DNA from: a virus
Length of the DNA stretch: 64,000 nucleotides
Virus record (IMG/VR): IMGVR_UViG_3300044971_004534
Strand: one strand, 5' to 3'
The translations under genes were made by a program, and so were the position numbers. How positions within the stretch are numbered: position 1 is the first letter of the stretch; each line of letters starts with the position of its first letter. The notes beneath the pieces are model-generated. The model searched no databases. It had not been told where the DNA came from and was given only the letters and a program-made list of their open reading frames with translations. This document shows, piece after piece, positions 55,105-63,556 of the stretch.

Positions 55105-56699
55105 AGCTTATTCATGTCATAGAAAAAACTTTTAATTCTGGCGCTGCATCTTCTTTGAAGCAAATATATGATGCATTGAGTGATTCTTCATTCATAAGCG
55201 AACAGGAAGTTGTGTGTGTAAAAACTAAAAGAGTAGACAAAAACATGCCGGATTTTTTCCCAGTTCCAGCAAGCTATTCTACTTTTGAATCTATTATTAA
55301 TGACGCGAAAAGTAATAAGTATAATGAAAGCGTTTTTGTTTTTCATAAACTTATGTGCTCTCCAACAAAAATGTTTGCTAATTTATTATGGAAAGTAAAA
55401 CGACCATATTTTGTTATCAATCATACATATTCTGATTGTGCAAATTTTAATAAATTATTTAATTTTACAGAGTGTGTATGTGTAAGCGAGCATATGAGAA
55501 AAAAAATGTCCGTCAATAACAGAAACACTAATTTTTATACTATAAAAAACATTGTAGACCAAAACTTTGTGTCTCAGTTTTCTTGTAGAGAAGTTAAAGA
55601 TACTTCAATTTTTAAAACAGGACGTATTAATTCAATTAATGCCATAAAGTATAGTCCAGACTTTATTAAATGGGTGTCTAATTTAAGTTTATCTAAAAAT
55701 CATTTTCATGAATACATGGGTACAGGTCAGTATTATAATGAAGCCTACACTTTAGCTGAATCGTGCAGGAAAGAAAAAAGTCATTGCGCCATGATAGGAG
55801 CAATAAATAATGATGAAGAAAAATTTAGTAAACTTAAATCGTGGGATGTTTTCCTGTATCACATTAATAGACCAGAGGGAACATCTATGGCTGTACTGGA
55901 AAGTTTGGCATCTGGAGTGCCAGTAGTTTGCTCTAATCTTCCTGGCAATAATGAGCTTATAGTTAATGGAGTTAATGGTTATGTATTTGACTCTTTTGTA
56001 GAAGCTGAATCTATACTTAATATGCTTTGTTCAAATAATGAAAAACTCGAATCCCTTAAGGCTTCTACTCAAAATTGGGCTTTTAAAAATTTAAATAAAA
56101 ATTATTTAAAACAACAATATGAAAAAGTTATATCTTCCGTAATAGAAAATTTTAATAATAAGACTTCGGGCAGATCAGCTCCAGAAAAATTTGTTAAATT
56201 AAATAAGGAAGCAAGAGCTGCAAATGTAAGGGAAAACATAAAGCAAGTAATTCAAAATAGGGTTTCTGATAAAAAAATCAGTAAGGTTAAAAATGTTTAT
56301 CCTAAAAATACATATAGAAACAAGCACGTCGTTGGTAGCAAGATTATAAAAAAAAGAGCTTTTACTTCAGATGTTCCACTTATTGCTGAAGTGCAAAAAA
56401 CTTTCTTTCCCATATTGTCAATAAAAGAAATTGATCGTGCGGCATTTATGCATTCAGATATGATTGGCTTTAGTTGCAGTGACAATAATGATAGAGACTG
56501 CTTTTTGCTAAACGCAAAGAATTACGCTGATTGTGACTGTGTAATTTTGCATACTGATAATTATTTAATAGAAAAATCTAATGATTTAGAAAAAGCGAAT
56601 TTAGAAAAATCCGATATAATCTATGTTAATATAAAATATATTAATAATTTTAAAAATCTAATTATAAGTAAATCTATATGGGCAGAAAAAGAAAAATAA
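55101..56699 (+). CDS. GT-B family 1/4 glycosyltransferase with a ~180-aa basic/unknown C-terminal extension
   Basis: Contains EGTSMAVLESLASGVPVVCSNLPGNNELIVNGVNGYVF. Confidence 0.7.
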   Translation: MKLIHVIEKTFNSGAASSLKQIYDALSDSSFISEQEVVCVKTKRVDKNMPDFFPVPASYSTFESIINDAKSNKYNESVFVFHKLMCSPTKMFANLLWKVKRPYFVINHTYSDCANFNKLFNFTECVCVSEHMRKKMSVNNRNTNFYTIKNIVDQNFVSQFSCREVKDTSIFKTGRINSINAIKYSPDFIKWVSNLSLSKNHFHEYMGTGQYYNEAYTLAESCRKEKSHCAMIGAINNDEEKFSKLKSWDVFLYHINRPEGTSMAVLESLASGVPVVCSNLPGNNELIVNGVNGYVFDSFVEAESILNMLCSNNEKLESLKASTQNWAFKNLNKNYLKQQYEKVISSVIENFNNKTSGRSAPEKFVKLNKEARAANVRENIKQVIQNRVSDKKISKVKNVYPKNTYRNKHVVGSKIIKKRAFTSDVPLIAEVQKTFFPILSIKEIDRAAFMHSDMIGFSCSDNNDRDCFLLNAKNYADCDCVILHTDNYLIEKSNDLEKANLEKSDIIYVNIKYINNFKNLIISKSIWAEKEK

Positions 56700-56983
56700 A
56701 AAGAGTATACTTAAAAAAATCAAACATAGATATCACGGAAGTTTTGCAACATGTTAGTTATGCTCAGTTGGTAAAAAAGAACACAATATTTTATGTGTCA
56801 GAGACTGATAGTCATACTGTCGATAATTTATTAAAAGATGCGAATGTTATTTATAACAGAAACTATCTTGTTAGGAGTAAGAGATTTAAGTATCAAATAA
56901 TAGTCAAGCAATCGAATGAAAAGGAATCAGTCGATATAGTTAGTGAGTTTATAAACAATTTTAAGCTTAAGGAGAAAAAATGA
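56678..56983 (+). CDS. Hypothetical basic protein (101 aa)
   Basis: ORF in the operon context. Confidence 0.5.
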   Translation: MGRKRKIKRVYLKKSNIDITEVLQHVSYAQLVKKNTIFYVSETDSHTVDNLLKDANVIYNRNYLVRSKRFKYQIIVKQSNEKESVDIVSEFINNFKLKEKK

Positions 56984-57306
56984 TTAGAAAGTTACAGGCA
57001 TACGTTAATGATGAGGGCATCAAGATTGAGCACATCGAAAAGGCTGGAGACAGTGATTCTTTAGAATTTTCCTATTTCGGTGTTGCACAGATGGTTACCA
57101 ATTTTGGTCAGTCAGAGGTTAGATTTGTTATACCTGCTGTGTCCTTAGAGGAAGCTTTTGAAAAGTACGAAGAAGAACTTAAGAAGTTCTCTGACGAAAT
57201 GAAGAAGCAGATTGCTGAGCGTCAGGCAGCTGCTCAAAAGAAGCAGGCAGATTCTGCAGCAACTTCAGCTGAAGGTGTTGTGATGAGTGCTCAGCCCGCT
57301 GATTGA
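56980..57306 (+). CDS. Hypothetical protein (108 aa), probably highly expressed
   Basis: A strong SD aaggag lies upstream. GC content and the AAG/CAG/GCT codon bias are higher than in neighbouring genes. Confidence 0.65.
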   Translation: MIRKLQAYVNDEGIKIEHIEKAGDSDSLEFSYFGVAQMVTNFGQSEVRFVIPAVSLEEAFEKYEEELKKFSDEMKKQIAERQAAAQKKQADSAATSAEGVVMSAQPAD

Positions 57307-57346
57307 AAGGATTGGTAAGAGTCAGTAGCTATGTTGGAATTTTTAA

Positions 57347-57994
57347 ATGAAAATAGGATTTTGTACAGACTTATGTGACGGTCTTTTTGATTTAAAAGAA
57401 AATCTAGATTGTTTAATTTGCTGCGGAAACTTTTTGCCTATTTATGACAAAGAGTTACTGACTTGGAACATTACAAATCAAGTGGATTGGATAGAGGACC
57501 ATCTAAATAAATGGATGGACCGCTATCCAAACACTTGTTTTATTTTTGGCGGTGGTCCAAATGATCATTTGGCAAAGTTTTATGGATCAAATGCTAATTA
57601 CTATATGAGAGCAAACTATTTGCAAGACGAATTAATGACCTATAAGGGTCTTAAAGTTTACTCAATGCCTTGGGTTCCTATTCACTTTTCAAACATGGAG
57701 CCAAATGCATTCAAGTCTAGAGATATAGATCTTTACTTAGCTGCTGTTGATAGCATACCTGAAGAAACTGATATTTTAATCACGTGGAATCATTGTTACA
57801 TGCATAAAAATTGTAATGATATATCTGAGCAGGGGGATATTTACTTGAATAAAAAAGTGCAGTCTCTAAAAAATTTAAAGATTCATGCATTTGGACAGCT
57901 GGTTGAGGATAATGTAATACAGAACGCAACAAGTCACCTTGTCGTGTGTGCTAATAGGTCCCATGTTGGGAACTACACGACGGTGCAGATTTGA
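57347..57994 (+). CDS. Metallophosphoesterase-fold protein with substituted metal ligands (probable pseudoenzyme)
   Basis: Colinear with the MPP motifs, but they are altered: TDLCDG for DxH(G), CGNF for GDx, GGPNDH for GNHD, ILITWNHC for THxPP, and HAFGQLVE for GHxH. Confidence 0.4.
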   Translation: MKIGFCTDLCDGLFDLKENLDCLICCGNFLPIYDKELLTWNITNQVDWIEDHLNKWMDRYPNTCFIFGGGPNDHLAKFYGSNANYYMRANYLQDELMTYKGLKVYSMPWVPIHFSNMEPNAFKSRDIDLYLAAVDSIPEETDILITWNHCYMHKNCNDISEQGDIYLNKKVQSLKNLKIHAFGQLVEDNVIQNATSHLVVCANRSHVGNYTTVQI

Positions 57995-58006
57995 CGGAGT
58001 AAGGAT

Positions 58007-58345
58007 ATGAATCCTGAAGACATTAGTAAGTTTGTTCATGGTTGTGAGATAGGCGATTTAAGAGGTTCTGATTTTGAAGGACATGTTGGCATATTAATGA
58101 TGCATCATTTTCTTTCTAAGGCATCTCTAGATGTGAGTAAGTTTTCCAAAGAGCACAAGTTGAATTATGACATGTGCATCGCGGTTGCTGACAGATTTGT
58201 TGTTAATGGACTAATGCAGCCTTATAGTTGGCCATGCAAGTCCAGAAACAGCATGCTTTCGGTGCTTAAGCACAAGAGTAAGATTTCTGTGCGTGATTGG
58301 TGCTATATTGCTGGTATTGCGTCTGGCTACACTGGAAAGTTTTAA
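58007..58345 (+). CDS. Hypothetical protein (112 aa)
   Basis: ORF with an SD-like taagga upstream. Confidence 0.55.
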   Translation: MNPEDISKFVHGCEIGDLRGSDFEGHVGILMMHHFLSKASLDVSKFSKEHKLNYDMCIAVADRFVVNGLMQPYSWPCKSRNSMLSVLKHKSKISVRDWCYIAGIASGYTGKF

Positions 58346-58852
58346 GTGAAACATTCACGTAAAATTGCCCACAGGTTAGCTGATGTTATTCTGAAATCAG
58401 CTACCAATAGTCTTGAGCCAAATCGCATGAGAGACATGTATCTGCAGACCTCTACGATTACTAGTGGCTCTAGTGATGAAATGGATCAGCATAATAGTGC
58501 TATTGTGGTGTCAGCATGGGTAGATTCAATAATCGAACATATGGCTGACAGGAAGGATCGAATAATTTCCGACTATGTGTTGGATTTGATTCAAAGCATT
58601 GAGATTTATCTGGAAAATCACTACACTGAAGAAGAGCTTTTGTTTATTGTAGATGCAATAGAGAATAAGTCTTTTAAAAAACTATTGCTTGATGAAGGCA
58701 TTTTTGAGTCTGTTCTAAATGCCAAAGAAGTTTTTAACAAGAAAGTGCTTAAAGAAATGCAGTCAGAAGAGTGCATAAATATTATGCAAAAAAAGCTGCA
58801 TGATCTCATGATGAGAAAGCATTTTGACGATAACACTTTAGACTCCGATTGA
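58346..58852 (+). CDS. Hypothetical protein (168 aa, GTG start)
   Basis: The GTG follows the upstream TAA directly. No motif recognised. Confidence 0.5.
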   Translation: MKHSRKIAHRLADVILKSATNSLEPNRMRDMYLQTSTITSGSSDEMDQHNSAIVVSAWVDSIIEHMADRKDRIISDYVLDLIQSIEIYLENHYTEEELLFIVDAIENKSFKKLLLDEGIFESVLNAKEVFNKKVLKEMQSEECINIMQKKLHDLMMRKHFDDNTLDSD

Positions 58853-58885
58853 CGGAGAGAAAGCTAATTAAAAGGAGAAAAAGCT

Positions 58886-59140
58886 ATGATGATTTATAAG
58901 AGAGTTGTTTCAACGAAGCGCCACACTGTCGGTTACATGATTACTGGAGTTGGCCAGGTTTCTCGTCGCGAGGCAGTCCGCCTTGCTAAGGCTGGCAAGA
59001 TCAAGGGTGTTCGCGTTGCGCGTAGCCCACAGGGTGAGTATATCACCAGCAGCACTTCTCGCAATCTTTACAGTTTGCCAACTGTAGTTTCCAATCGAAG
59101 CGAGACACGTCGTCCGGTCGCAGCTGGCCGTCGTCGCTGA
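58886..59140 (+). CDS. Small basic DUF3892-like protein (84 aa), GC-rich, probably highly expressed
   Basis: An SD aggag at 58873-58877 lies 8 nt before the ATG. Arg is encoded by CGC/CGT here, against AGA elsewhere. VSRREAVRLAKAGKIKGVRV..GEYITSSTSRNLYSLP resembles the DUF3892 pattern. The C-terminus is Arg-rich. A terminator follows. Confidence 0.7.
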   Translation: MMIYKRVVSTKRHTVGYMITGVGQVSRREAVRLAKAGKIKGVRVARSPQGEYITSSTSRNLYSLPTVVSNRSETRRPVAAGRRR

Positions 59141-59161
59141 TTGTTTAGGTGCTTTTGCCGA

Positions 59162-59203
59162 CATAGTGGGAGAGGCTAGTCCTCTCCCACTATGTTTTTA
59201 TTT
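59162..59203 (+). terminator. Rho-independent terminator
   Basis: A perfect 14-bp stem (CATAGTGGGAGAGG at 59162-59175, CCTCTCCCACTATG at 59181-59194) encloses a 5-nt loop CTAGT. TTTTTATTT follows. Confidence 0.85.
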
Positions 59204-60100
59204 AAAGCACATTCTATACACAAAGACATTCGTAAGGCTATTTCTTGCAAATTTGACCAAATAGAATTGGCAAGTTTGTTTTATGGAAGTATTGAAAATG
59301 AATTCATCAAAAATTTAGCGTCATATAAAAATACAGATGAAGAATATATTTTATATAAAAAAATTAACATCATAAATAATAATGTTTTTTCAGAGCAAGA
59401 AAGAAATAATTTGTACTTTTTTGCCAAGGTTAGAAATATACTGTCTGCTTACAAAATGAATGGGATTTCCATATTCTCTCATGTATTTTTGCACATGTTT
59501 GAATTTAAAAATCAGCTAGAAATTGCTGATCAAATATGGAATATGGAAGTAATTAAAAATTCTAAAAATCAACATTTCTATATTCAGTATCTATTTTGGG
59601 AATTATCTTTATCAGGGGGTCAAGAAGTATTGACTCAAGTTTCACGAAAAAGACTATTTGATTTTTATGACTTAAATTACAAAATATCAAGTTTTGAAAA
59701 AGATTTTATTAAAGTTTATGGTCATTTAATAAATGAAAAAAAACTAGATAACAGTTTTATAAAAAAATATATACTCGGTTCTCAAAAAGATTTTGAAGCA
59801 AATATGAATTTAAATATTGATAAACTTGGATCTTGTTTTTCTATGTTTGATGACATGATGCTTTTGTTAATGTTATTTCATTTAGAAAAAGATAATATAA
59901 TGTCTTCAGTAAACGGCTCTATGATGATACACAAAAATTTTATTGATAATAAAAGAACTATAAAAAGTAAAGTTGCAGATACTAAAAAAGTAATCAATGA
60001 ATTAATTTCTGAAATTTCTTATGGTAATCATGAATTAAAAAGATGTTCAGATAAAGAAGTTTATAAAGTATACAGGAGTATGTGTTATGGCAAAATGTGA
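59192..60100 (+). CDS. Hypothetical protein (302 aa), markedly AT-rich
   Basis: Long ORF whose ATG lies inside the 3' arm of the terminator stem. Rich in Asn, Lys, Ile and Phe. No motif recognised. Confidence 0.55.
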   Translation: MFLFKAHSIHKDIRKAISCKFDQIELASLFYGSIENEFIKNLASYKNTDEEYILYKKINIINNNVFSEQERNNLYFFAKVRNILSAYKMNGISIFSHVFLHMFEFKNQLEIADQIWNMEVIKNSKNQHFYIQYLFWELSLSGGQEVLTQVSRKRLFDFYDLNYKISSFEKDFIKVYGHLINEKKLDNSFIKKYILGSQKDFEANMNLNIDKLGSCFSMFDDMMLLLMLFHLEKDNIMSSVNGSMMIHKNFIDNKRTIKSKVADTKKVINELISEISYGNHELKRCSDKEVYKVYRSMCYGKM

Positions 60101-60515
60101 ATGGATTGAGATGGCAGATGCAAAGAGTATGGCTATTTCTTTAATCAATAAATATGAGGATAAGTTTGGAAAAATTCCATATGAGCGTTTAAGATTTATT
60201 GGAATATTGAATGCAAGACCACCCAAGGAAGGTAATAAGATATGGCATTTTGTTTTTATAGCAGATCCAGTTAATGAACTTTTGGAGGCAGATTTAGCTG
60301 TTATAATAAATTTTGATTCATGGTCAAGTATGGATGAAAAATCTCAGGCGCTAGTAGTGGCTTCTATGCTTTCATGTATGGAGTGGAAAGATAGAATTGT
60401 TGCTAGAGGTTATGATTTGCATGATTCTAAATCTATGGTGCTAAATTTTGGAGTTGACTACGAAACTAATCCAGATATACCCGATATACTTAATACACAC
60501 CACAACTGGAGGTAA
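60087..60515 (+). CDS. Hypothetical protein (142 aa)
   Basis: ORF overlapping the upstream gene by 14 nt. It only vaguely resembles phage putative-metallopeptidase proteins, and the HExxH position reads ASMLS. Confidence 0.5.
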   Translation: MAKCEWIEMADAKSMAISLINKYEDKFGKIPYERLRFIGILNARPPKEGNKIWHFVFIADPVNELLEADLAVIINFDSWSSMDEKSQALVVASMLSCMEWKDRIVARGYDLHDSKSMVLNFGVDYETNPDIPDILNTHHNWR

Positions 60516-60517
60516 CA

Positions 60518-60916
60518 ATGATTGAAGTATGGATGAGAGATGAATATGGTCAGGCCAGCATTCAGGGGCGTTTTAAGACAGTTCCTGAGGCATCCAAAAA
60601 GGCTATGGAGGTTTTGGACTCCTTGAATACAGACAATGCCCTTACTTCTGCTGAAAGAGATCGTAACTGGGAGTGTTTTTTACCTCAGTCTAATGATTCA
60701 AATGATCTTCTTTATGGTGGAAAAGTAAGAGGAAGCGTACACTTTTTCTTCAATCCAGATGATGGTTCCAAGATAGAAACCAAGTCTGCAAAAATACTTC
60801 TTGGTAATAGAAATGGCAAGTCTTGGTATGCCAAAAATCACAAGAACGCAGAGATTGCTGTAGTAGACGATCCTAACTTAAATGGCAAGGCTGTACTTTT
60901 CTTTAAGAAGGTGTAA
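60518..60916 (+). CDS. Hypothetical protein (132 aa)
   Basis: ORF starting 3 nt after the upstream stop. Confidence 0.55.
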   Translation: MIEVWMRDEYGQASIQGRFKTVPEASKKAMEVLDSLNTDNALTSAERDRNWECFLPQSNDSNDLLYGGKVRGSVHFFFNPDDGSKIETKSAKILLGNRNGKSWYAKNHKNAEIAVVDDPNLNGKAVLFFKKV

Positions 60917-60922
60917 AATAAA

Positions 60923-61729
60923 ATGAAGGCGGTTATTGCGATTGCTGGATGTAAAAATTCCGGCAAAAGTAGCCTTTGTCGCTACTTAACTTATCTCATA
61001 GCAAGAGTCGATGGATTAATCACCAACGACAGGTTAGCTGGTTCATTTGACAATAGAATGCTAGCGCAGGTGCCTAGAGATGCCTCACAAAAAGTGTACA
61101 TTACAGATAATGGGCGGAATTACACCGAAGCAAAGTTAAAGCGAGACCCAAATGTTGAAACTTTAAGTTTTGCTGGACCTATTAAAGAGTTTTGTGTTAA
61201 TGTGCTGAATCTTGATCAAAATAGCGTGTACGGTACTGACGAGCAGAAGAATTCTGTAACTCAATATGTATGGGAGAATATGCCAGATAGCATTAGGGGT
61301 GCATACGGATCTGAAAAATCTGGATCTATGACATCTAGGGAAATTATGCAAGTCTTGGGTACTGACATATTTAGAAATTATTTTTCACAGTCAATATGGA
61401 TCGATTGCTTGATTAATAAAGTTAAAAAATCAGACGCAGACGTTATATTTGTAGACGATTTAAGATTTAATAATGAGGCATCTGCTTTGATGAAAGAAGA
61501 TGCCATGATAGTTCACCTCCAGAGAATGTGGGGGCAGGGCGGTTCTCATAAAAGTGAGAACGGTTTAGATTTAAGTTTATTCACGGGATACCCTCATTTT
61601 TACAGCATTCCAGACGTAGATATTATGTCGAAAAATGATATAGCTTTTCGTGCAACAAGAAAGTACTTTGAATATGTCATACGTAAACAAGACGAGCTTA
61701 GCGAACAAGTACAGACCCAAACTGCTTGA
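60923..61729 (+). CDS. Deoxynucleoside monophosphate kinase (T4 gp1-like)
   Basis: IAIAGCKNSGKSS is the P-loop. FAGPIKEF, TSREIMQVLGTDIFRNYFSQSIWIDCL and VIFVDDLRFNNEA parallel T4 gp1 (LAGPIKDAL, LMQALGTDLIVNNFDRMYWVKL, IVPDTRQDHE). Confidence 0.75.
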   Translation: MKAVIAIAGCKNSGKSSLCRYLTYLIARVDGLITNDRLAGSFDNRMLAQVPRDASQKVYITDNGRNYTEAKLKRDPNVETLSFAGPIKEFCVNVLNLDQNSVYGTDEQKNSVTQYVWENMPDSIRGAYGSEKSGSMTSREIMQVLGTDIFRNYFSQSIWIDCLINKVKKSDADVIFVDDLRFNNEASALMKEDAMIVHLQRMWGQGGSHKSENGLDLSLFTGYPHFYSIPDVDIMSKNDIAFRATRKYFEYVIRKQDELSEQVQTQTA

Positions 61730-62804
61730 TGATGTGGTTGGGCAGGATCATGTTAAAGCGTATTTTAAAAATGCAATAAATAAAAATATGCTTCATCATG
61801 CATATCTGTTTACTGGATCTTCCGGTACAGGTAAGACGACTATTGCCAGAATTATAGCGGCAGCTGTTAATAATGAATCTGGTCAATCTTTAACGCCAGA
61901 CATGAAAGACGGCAGCTTGTCTTTAAAGATTGTAGAGGGCATGTGTAACGACATTAGAGAAATTGATGCTGCGTCAAACAGAAGCATTGATGACATAAGA
62001 AACTTACGGCAGGAAATCAAATACGCACCATTTGAGTGCAGAAAAAGATTTGTCATTATTGATGAAGCTCACGGTCTCACTGGTCAGGCTATTGAGGCTG
62101 CTTTAAAGATGATAGAAGAGCCACCAAGTCATACTATATTTATTTTTTGCACTACAGAAGTTGATAAGTTAAAAGAAACTATTATCAACAGATGTATTGA
62201 CTTTGTTTTTAAACCTGTTTCTAACCAAATGATATCTTCTCATTTAGCAAAAATTTGCTCTCTGGAAAGTCAAAAAGCTGACCAAGATGCTTTAGCAATT
62301 ATTGCTGATCATAGTGATGGATGTGTAAGAAAGTCTTTGCAGCTTTTGGAGAAAATTATTACTTGTTCTGATGGTCATATATCAAAAGATGAAGTTAAAA
62401 AATATCTTATGATAGTTGATGAAGATCAGTTTGTTGAAATATTTAATTGCATTATCAAGAAAGATGCTGCTGGATGCATTGAAAAGTCATTGAGGTTAGC
62501 AAATGACGGAATTACTTATGAAAACAATTTAAAAAACATGGCTAGAATTATAAGATATATACTTCTTGCTAAAACTTGTCCAAATACAAATGACATTATT
62601 GACATTAATCCTAAAACTAAATTTTATATAAAGCAAATTTTGTCGAAAATAAGTATTGAAAGCTTAATTGAAATTGTTGGTTTTATTAAAGAAGCTAGAG
62701 AAGAAATGTCACAGGGAATTATACCAGCATTAGCATTTGAAACTTTCGTTGTAAAATCTATTATATCATACCATAAAAATCATGTCAAAAAAGAAAGTAA
62801 ATAA
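61674..62804 (+). CDS. dnaX: Clamp-loader ATPase (DnaX gamma/tau / RFC-like)
   Basis: Motifs are LANKYRPKLLDDVVGQDHV, HAYLFTGSSGTGKTTIARI, VIIDEAHGL and INRCIDFVF. The start at 61674 overlaps the kinase gene. Confidence 0.85.
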   Translation: MSYVNKTSLANKYRPKLLDDVVGQDHVKAYFKNAINKNMLHHAYLFTGSSGTGKTTIARIIAAAVNNESGQSLTPDMKDGSLSLKIVEGMCNDIREIDAASNRSIDDIRNLRQEIKYAPFECRKRFVIIDEAHGLTGQAIEAALKMIEEPPSHTIFIFCTTEVDKLKETIINRCIDFVFKPVSNQMISSHLAKICSLESQKADQDALAIIADHSDGCVRKSLQLLEKIITCSDGHISKDEVKKYLMIVDEDQFVEIFNCIIKKDAAGCIEKSLRLANDGITYENNLKNMARIIRYILLAKTCPNTNDIIDINPKTKFYIKQILSKISIESLIEIVGFIKEAREEMSQGIIPALAFETFVVKSIISYHKNHVKKESK

Positions 62805-63552
62805 AAAAATAAAAAAGACTTCTACTAAGAAGTCTGTTTCAAAGAAAGCTGATAAGGTTGATGCTGTTAAAAAGCCAAGCGTAGCAAGGCCTGGCTCAAT
62901 CGCAGAAATGGTTATAAAGCTTCAGAAAGAAAGCACCAAGCAAGGGCAAGACATTATCTTCAATGAAATTATTGAAAAGATAGATCCGCTTATTAAAAGA
63001 ATAGTAGGAAAATTTAATATACCTGGATATGAAAGTTCTGACTTATACCAAGAAGCTTTGTATGCGGTAAGGTTTAAGGCAATATCGGATTTTGATGTAA
63101 GTAGAATTATTGGAGACGATTTTGTAGGTTTTGAAAAATTTGCAGCGTTATGTGTAAAGAGACATCTGTCTACATTATTAAAATGCAGTTTTCAGAATAA
63201 AAAAGCAGCTTTAAATACATCTGTAAGTTTTAATGCTCTTGCTTCAGAAGACGAAGAAAGTTTTGATATGAGTTCTTTAATGAACTCTGAAGAAACTCCA
63301 CAGTCAATTGCAAGTGAAAATCAAGAAATATTTCGCTCTATAATTTCTCATCTTATGGAGCATTTGTCAGACTTTGAAAAAAAGGTGTTGGCTTTATATG
63401 CACAGAGGTTTAGCTATGAGGAAATTGCCGATAAACTCAATAGAAATGGAGACGGCAAAAAAGTCAACATAAAGGGCGTGGATAATGCTCTTAGTAGAAT
63501 AAAGATTAAGGCGAAGCAAGTGGTTGACGAGTTAGGAATTGAGCCGTTTTAA
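62782..63552 (+). CDS. Sigma-70 family RNA polymerase sigma factor with a Lys-rich N-terminal tail
   Basis: Region 2-like SDLYQEALYAVRFKAISDFD. Region 4-like LSDFEKKVLALYAQRFSYEEIADKLN...VDNALSRIKIKA. Confidence 0.8.
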   Translation: MSKKKVNKKIKKTSTKKSVSKKADKVDAVKKPSVARPGSIAEMVIKLQKESTKQGQDIIFNEIIEKIDPLIKRIVGKFNIPGYESSDLYQEALYAVRFKAISDFDVSRIIGDDFVGFEKFAALCVKRHLSTLLKCSFQNKKAALNTSVSFNALASEDEESFDMSSLMNSEETPQSIASENQEIFRSIISHLMEHLSDFEKKVLALYAQRFSYEEIADKLNRNGDGKKVNIKGVDNALSRIKIKAKQVVDELGIEPF

Positions 63553-63556
63553 TTAG

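Noticed and set aside
57303-57346. Possible sigma-70 promoter (TTGAAA, 17 nt, TAGCTA) in the 40-nt gap before 57347.
   Set aside because: The -10 matches the consensus at only 2 of 6 positions, and no SD follows. It is too weak to call.
57990-58860. A shared GAT-TGACGGAG sequence at the ends of two consecutive genes (57988-57999 and 58846-58857), which looks like a -35 TTGACG box.
   Set aside because: No acceptable -10 element lies at 16-18 nt spacing. In one case the next ATG is only about 12 nt away. This is probably coincidence of D-stop codons plus an SD-like GGAG.
58910-59164. 84-aa minus-strand ORF opposite the GC-rich small gene.
   Set aside because: It is a shadow ORF produced by the local GC richness. 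The + strand gene has the SD and terminator, and every other gene is on the + strand.
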